Assembly (NCBI GenBank): GCA_051294375.1
Contig: CM119267.1
Location: 11,035,045-11,099,044 of the forward strand
Source: Paraspadella gotoi
Taxonomy: Eukaryota > Animalia > Chaetognatha
Direction: 5' to 3'
DNA length: 64,000 nt
The notes under the pieces: model-generated
What the model saw: only the letters and a program-made list of their open reading frames with translations
Database searches by the model: none
What the model was told of the DNA's origin: nothing
Translations under genes and position numbers: made by a program
Shown: one piece after another, positions 57,185 to 64,000 of the stretch
Layout of the letters: each line of letters begins with the position of its first letter
Numbering within the stretch: the stretch's first letter is position 1

Positions 57185-60100
57185 CCTAAACAATTCCTCG
57201 GCGTCCATCTCCTCCGCCCATTCGTCCTGAGCCATCGGGGCCAAAATTTCGTCGATGCGAAAGTCGAGTTCCATCAGGCGTCGCTCGTGGTCTTCCACCT
57301 CGAGGATCTCCGACTCGGGCCGGCGACGCTTCTTCGCCAAATAGGGCGTCGGAAGTTCCTCACCGCGGCGCCGCGCGATGCCGGGAGGGCGCCACCTGAT
57401 TTAAGAAGCAAGGACAACGTTTAATCCTTCAGCGTTCGTTCGTTCGTTCGTTCGTTCTTCGTTATTTGTTCGTTCGTTCGTCTTCGTATCCTTTCGTTCT
57501 TCCTATCGTTCGTTCGTTCGTTCTTCGTTCCGTTTTCGTATGGTCTTCGTTCGTTCTTCGTTCGTTCCTTCGTTCCTTCGTTTGTAGTCTGTAGTTATAT
57601 ATTCATTCCTCTCACTTGTCCATATCATCGATGAGTTCAAGGACTTGGTCGACTTCCGCGGTTTCCAACTGCAGCTTGTCCAACGTCGCTGCCAACCCGT
57701 TGCCGTTTTCGTTGCCATTATCATCGTAATTTCCATCACTTTTACCATTTCCCTCGCCACCTCCGCCGTCTTCTCCGCCACCTTCGCCGCTAGTTCCACC
57801 CCCTTCTCCTCCCCCTTCACCACCACCATTGAAATCGCGATCGGCTTCGTCGTGTCCCTTTGCGGAGTCATCGCCGCCGTTTCTTTTTTCTCCTCTCTCC
57901 GCGGCGCCCTTCAGGCCTTCCACCATGACGGCGACCGTCTTCCGCTCCAACACTTCGTCCGCTTCCGTCGCCAGCTTCTCCAAGTTCGACTCCAACGCTC
58001 GGGCCTCCTCCTCCTCTTCGGACGAAGCGCGGGAGTGGCTTTCGCCTCTGTTGTTAATTGATTAATTAAAACTGCACTAAATTATAAATAATGACGTTTA
58101 AGATTATTATCGATAATTAAGGGAAGACGCGTGAAAGTTCCGTTTTTTTTTCCCATAATGATATTAATTATATCGATTTACTTTATTTGAAATTACCACA
58201 TACCTATTTTGCCCGATTTCGCTGGGCCGCGTCCGTAGCAGAGGCACGACAGGTTCCATCAGCAGCGTCGCCTCCGCGTCGACAGAGAGCTCGTTTGAAA
58301 CGCGTCTCCGTCGACGATTTCTCTTCCTTCTCTTCCTCTTGTTGTTGCAGTGTTTGTTGTAGTTGTTCTTGTTTTAGTTGGGATTCTTTATTCGGGAGTT
58401 TCAGCGGTAGTTTTTGTTGTCAGATGTTTGCTTTCCATCCGCAGTGATTTTTCCGCATCTGTCGTGGAATCGTCAACTAGTAAAATTTCAGTCTTCTCGA
58501 CGCTATCGTCAATCTCGCCGTCTCGCCTTCCTTCAACGGACGTCTCTGTCTCTGTCGACTCAACCGATTCTATAGTTTCGTCCGCATTGTCTCGATCCGA
58601 CGTCCCGACGTCTCCTTGCCGCGTTTCGATCGGCATCACGGCTTCCGCCGTGGCAAAGGTGAGTGAAGTGAGTTTCTGTTTTTCTTCTTCTACGAAATCG
58701 TTAATCTCTGTTTTCGCAGAGAGTGTAACGGAATCTTTCGCTGCTTCCACCGAAACGGAAATGTCTTTTAAATTTTCCTCTTTTTTATCGCCAANNNNNN
58801 NNNNATTTAATTCTCCTTCACGTACAGAGATTGAGTTTTCTTCCGGCGTGGTTATGGATTGTCCTTCTGTCATTGTCGTTTGCTCGTTTTTAAGTGCCAC
58901 ATCAGATTCTATTTTTGGTTCTGAGATTGTTTTCTCTTCCGGGGATAACATCGACTCATCTTCTGCCGTCAACGACGTCTCCTTTAATGCCGCCGAATTA
59001 ATTTCGTTCTCTGAAGCGGTTTCATTCGTTGTTTTTACCAATTCCTCTTTTATTTCTAAGACTGATTCATTTTCAGGCTTCTGGAACATTACTTTTACTT
59101 CGGTTGCGTCAATGCGTTCCTCCTCGGGCAAAGAGATGAATTCTTCTGTCGCTACTGACATACATTCGATTTTCGGAGTCGAAACAAAATTTTCTGGCGC
59201 CGAAACCGGTTCCATCTTTGTTGGCATGACCATTTTTTTCTTGGACGAAGAGACCAACTGTTTCTCTGATGCCAAGACCAATTCAACTCGATCCACAATC
59301 TCTTCAATTTCTGTCAACGAGTCCGATTCGCCCTCGTCCAGCTTTACTTCTGTTGCCCCAATCGATTCGTTCACTTTCTCTGAGCTTACTTCTCTTAATT
59401 CTCTCTCGGTTCTGTCCTCCATCTCATTTCTCGTCATTTCATCGCTAGTTCGTTCCCCATCATTGATTGATTCTCGCCTAAGTCCATCCACATTGAGATC
59501 CAAACAGTGTTCCTCTTCATGCTTTTCCGAGGGAAGTTCTTCTTCCTTCGTTCCCAATGTACATTTTTCCTTGAACGGTTCCGTTCCGCTAGATTCCAGC
59601 GTCTTTTCTTTTACGGAATCAATTGGAGCTTCACTCGCCGTTTTAAGTTCGTTTTCCATTCCTGCACTTCGCGTACCAATGTTATAACATTCTTTGACTT
59701 GAGAGTCATCCGCAGTTTCCGACCGGAAGTCCTCGTGAGGTCGAGGTAAATCCGCGCTGGTCAACTCGGACTTTTCCGATTCTGCACTGACGAGAGTCTT
59801 TTCGACTTTTGCTTCTTCGACGTTAATCGAAACATTTCCGACATAATCAAGATCCATTGTAACAGCTTGCTTTTTTATATTTACCGTTTCGGCATCGTTA
59901 ACGTCTTCAATTAAATCAGGTTCCTGGAATTTTACTTTTTTGACAACCTTAACGAAATTGCCGGGTATCGCCTGATCGCTTTTCTCCAGTTTTTCCGTTA
60001 TTTGCTTCACATCCTCTTCCTCCAACGGCTTCGCTATTTTTGCCTCGTTAACTTTCATGGAAAGTTCCTGAAGATCAACCGTCTCATTTTCAATTTTCAC

Positions 60101-63100
60101 TTCGACATTTTCGTCTACTTCGTCAGTGATTAAATTATGAGGCGAGGCCATCACTTGTTCGTCATTCGTCTGCGCAAGAGTTTTCTCCACTTCTAGTTGA
60201 TCTGATGAACCTGTACAACCTGTACATTCTTCTCCTTCTTTCACCGATTTCACGATCGTCTCTTCCTCATTTTCCCTCTCTATGTTTTCGTTATCAACTT
60301 CCGTCGGAAATGATTCTCGCTGTTTTTCAACGACGACAACTTCATTATTTCCATCTAAAGTCTCAGATTCGATCGTCTTCCGATTCGGCGCCGGAATGGA
60401 TTTCGATTCCGGTTCAATGTCCGACTCGACGTCTGGCGAAACGGGCTCGTAAGGGTTCGCATCTTCCACTTGACGCTCAGAAGTCGGCGCCGGCGCAACA
60501 ATCTTGTCAGGAACGACGTCCTCCAATTGACTGGTTCTTCGTTCCTCCAAGTCGTCCGTCACCGAATCCGCCGTTTTCGTCAAACCATTCTGTTCTTCCC
60601 CAGTCTCGGCCCTTTCCGTTTCCAACGACTCGAAGACAATTTTGGTCCAATCCTCGCTACAGGCGTCACTTGAGGATCTGCTAGCCACTTCCGAAGTCTG
60701 AAGCACCACTTTCGTCCACCCTTCGCTTGAACCGTCGCTGGAAGCTCGACTCGCCACTTCCGACGCTTCAGCCGCCTCCGATAATGCTACAGCAGCTTCT
60801 GCTTCCACCGAGACGTCGATGTCGCTTTCTAACGCCTCTCGACGCAGCGGCGGCGTCAAGTGATCTCCCTCGCGCTTTCCTTTGCTTCCCGCAACGCTCT
60901 CCATCTTTTCCGCGGATAAAGCGGGGCGTGGCTGGAGATTATCGAGAGGAAGCTCTTCGCAGGGAAGGTCTCGGCGCGAGAGATCCGGACTCGGCGTCGG
61001 GAGCAGATCGTAGGACGCTGAGGTGTTTCTTCGCCGATATTTCGCGGGTTTTCTTTTGCTCGGCTCTGAGTAAACCGGAGGAGGATGAAGAGGTGGAGCC
61101 GGCGACTGCTCAGATTCCGATATAGGCGCTGCGATTGCAGGTTGTTTGTTTTCGTCGCGATTTCCGATTTCCAAAGATTCTAAATCGTTTTCCTCGTTTT
61201 CTATCGGAACTTCATCGTATATTTTTTTGTCATCGTCGTCGTCGTCTTCGTCGTCGTCCTTTTCCAAACTCTGCTTTACCGCGGCGCCCTCTCCCGATTT
61301 CGCCTCCGATTCGACCGCGACGTTTTCGTAGATGTCGCTGTGAGTCGATCTCTGCCGCGACCGCGACCGACTGCGCCTCTGGTCTAAAGTCTCGTAGCCG
61401 TCGTACCCCTCCGCTGCCAGGCAAGCAACGGGTTCGTAGACGCCGAAGCTGCCGCGGCGATCGTTCTCTGCGGCAGCGGCGTCGGCGGCGGTGGCGTCGG
61501 TTTTGAAGGTGCAGGGTTCGAAGATGGTCTCATCGTCCTTGGAGGGGAGATCGGGAGCGTCGACGACGATGGCGACGGGGGGGTGAACCTAAAATTAGAG
61601 TATTTAAGTAATTTTAAATATTTTAAATGTTTATTTAAGTGTTGTATTAACCTTGAGGCCCGGAATCTTTTCGGCGAGCGACTCCAACTCTTCGCGACTC
61701 AACTCCTCCACTTCGAAGTCGAATTCGGCGTCGGATTCGACGTCGACTTCGACTCCGAAGCCGACGCCTCCGCTGCCGAATGTGGAGGCGTCGACGAGGG
61801 ATTGGGAGGATGCTTCGTGGACGAGATGCTGCGGCGTTGAGGTGTGGACGCAAGGTTCGGGGGTGAAGTCAATGTCGGAGGGTTGGTGAGTTGATGCTTC
61901 GTGTTCGCGATTCGATTCTTGAAAAAGTGGTTCTATCGTAAATTTCATTTTGAAGTTGATTCAAATCAGAAATGTTTATATAAATTAAAGTATAAATCAT
62001 GCCAAGGCAGTTAAGTTCATGATTTTACTTTTACTTTAAATTTACTATACGCACAAAAGGTGTAATAAAACGTAAATTATAATTCAAACGACTCACCTAT
62101 TTGGCCACTTTCTTCCGNNNNNNNNNNNNNNNNNNNNNNNNNNNNNNNNNNNNNNNNNNNNNNNNNNNNNNNNNNNNNNNNNNNNNNNNNNNNNNNNNNN
62201 NNNNNNNNNNNNNNNNNNNNNNNNNNNNNNNNNNNNNNNNNNNNNNNNNNNNNNNNNNNNNNNNNNNNNNNNNNNNNNNNNNNNNNNNNNNNNNNNNNNN
62301 NNNNNNNNNNNNNNNNNNNNNNNNNNNNNNNNNNNNNNNNNNNNNNNNNNNNNNNNNNNNNNNNNNNNNNNNNNNNNNNNNNNNNNNNNNNNNNNNNNNN
62401 NNNNNNNNNNNNNNNNNNNNNNNNNNNNNNNNNNNNNNNNNNNNNNNNNNNNNNNNNNNNNNNNNNNNNNNNNNNNNNNNNNNNNNNNNNNNNNNNNNNN
62501 NNNNNNNNNNNNNNNNNNNNNNNNNNNNNNNNNNNNNNNNNNNNNNNNNNNNNNNNNNNNNNNNNNNNNNNNNNNNNNNNNNNNNNNNNNNNNNNNNNNN
62601 NNNNNNNNNNNNNNNNNNNNNNNNNNNNNNNNNNNNNNNNNNNNNNNNNNNNNNNNNNNNNNNNNNNNNNNNNNNNNNNNNNNNNNNNNNNNNNNNNNNN
62701 NNNNNNNNNNNNNNNNNNNNNNNNNNNNNNNNNNNNNNNNNNNNNNNNNNNNNNNNNNNNNNNNNNNNNNNNNNNNNNNNNNNNNNNNNNNNNNNNNNNN
62801 NNNNNNNNNNNNNNNNNNNNNNNNNNNNNNNNNNNNNNNNNNNNNNNNNNNNNNNNNNNNNNNNNNNNNNNNNNNNATAATTCAAACGACTCACCTATTT
62901 GGCCACTTTCTTCCGAAGGGTCTGGTCCTTCGTCGCCAACGAAAGCGCGTGGCTGTTCAAACTGCTCCTTATGAGCTGTTGCTGTTTCGCTTCGACTGTC
63001 GACGTCCGATTCGCCTCGGGTCGGAGCAGTCAAATCAATCTCGACTTCGACAGAAAAAACGACTTCGTTCACCGAAAAATCGATTTTGTTTTCGCTTGAA

Positions 63101-64000
63101 AATTCATCATCTTTGAGCGGACGAGGAGATGCGTCGGCGAGCGGACTCGATGCGGCGGATGCCGGCGGAGATTTTGTTAATGCCGTGAATGCGGAGAATG
63201 CCGTGAGATCGTGGGGGGAATTCTCGACGACAATTTCTGAAAGGTCGCCTTGCGAGACCACCCCTCGTGAAAGACGATCGCTTTCTATACTACGCTCGAT
63301 ATCTGTCGTCGTGATCGTCGTCGTCGTCGTCGTCGTGATCATAGTTTCGTTCAAAATATCGTCGTTTTTGCTCGTATGAAACATTAACTCGGATGTTTGT
63401 TGTTGTTGTTCATGTTTTAGTTGTTCGATCGTTGATTCGCCGACGACTGGTTGATCAAATTCTAAAGGTCGATCATCTTCATCTTTGTCATTTTCATCGG
63501 CTCGATCGTTGTCTTCGCTATTAACAGATTCGATTTCAACCACATTGTCCACGGGGACATTGTCCTCCGCGACATTGTGCTCGATAATTTGATTTGTCAA
63601 CAAGGGCGCAGATATCTCCGGAGGCGTGAGCGTATCGTGGCCAGAAATAAATGTCTCGGTTTTAGGCTGACCGTTCCCAGTTTCGAATCCATTAATTAGT
63701 GGAGCCAATCGTAATGCTTCAGATCTCCTGAAGTCTGATGACTCAGTCAATTGCGGTTTTCCAACTTTAAAATCATTTTTTTGCGATTTCTGCGCCGAAG
63801 TTTCGGAATCGTTCGACCGTTGCGCCATGGATTCTGCTGCGAGCGCAATCGGCGTCGCGGCTTCGGAATCGTTTATTTTGTCCTCCGATTGTTTACGATT
63901 TCGACGTTTTTGTTTCTTCGTATTCAAACGGAAACGAATTATTCGTCGCCGGCGGACGAACGACGCCCGATGCGACGCCGGTGACGTCAGAGGGCGCGGA
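57185..64000 (-). CDS. Large acidic low-complexity protein; start lies beyond the window, 3' end uncertain
   Basis: Phase-compatible exons >64000-62895, 61917-61652, 61588-~58390, then a donor at 58204 and exons 58047-57616 and 57395-57185, possibly ~56649 onward. Glu/Ser/Thr-rich, no recognisable domain, frame problem near 58390. Confidence 0.6.
57434..57582. repeat. (TTCG)n degenerate microsatellite in an intron
   Basis: Direct reading. Confidence 0.9.

Noticed and set aside
62078-62916. Apparent duplication of EESGQIGESFEL on both sides of an N-run
   Set aside because: An identical ~40 bp flanks the gap, typical of unmerged overlapping contigs.

Overview
Draft-assembly window (with N gaps) from an AT-rich invertebrate animal genome with short spliceosomal introns; the species cannot be determined from the sequence. 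The left half holds seven co-oriented + strand genes: the 3' part of a TRIP12-like HECT ligase, cytochrome c, an orphan small membrane-protein ORF, a PHOSPHO1/2-like phosphatase, ornithine aminotransferase, class I PI3K p110 and a 2072-aa type I ferlin. Several have no or one coding intron, and each start codon has a splice-acceptor-like AG upstream. The right half holds a 7-cadherin-repeat delta-protocadherin, a decayed 5S-rDNA-linked repeat array with an internal inversion, and a large acidic low-complexity gene, both genes on the - strand. The most striking non-genic signal is a family of small non-coding fold-back insertions carrying minimal hammerhead ribozymes (CTGANGA-stem-GAAACATGTH). 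They share a terminal tail (CAACGAAANAGAAAGGAAA), often have ~10-16 bp target duplications, and have hairpin arms from 18 to ~500 bp, resembling non-autonomous Penelope-like/retrozyme derivatives. One is a 92-bp ribozyme insertion whose empty site survives in a paralogous Helentron-type element in this window. All gene models and alignments were made by eye.
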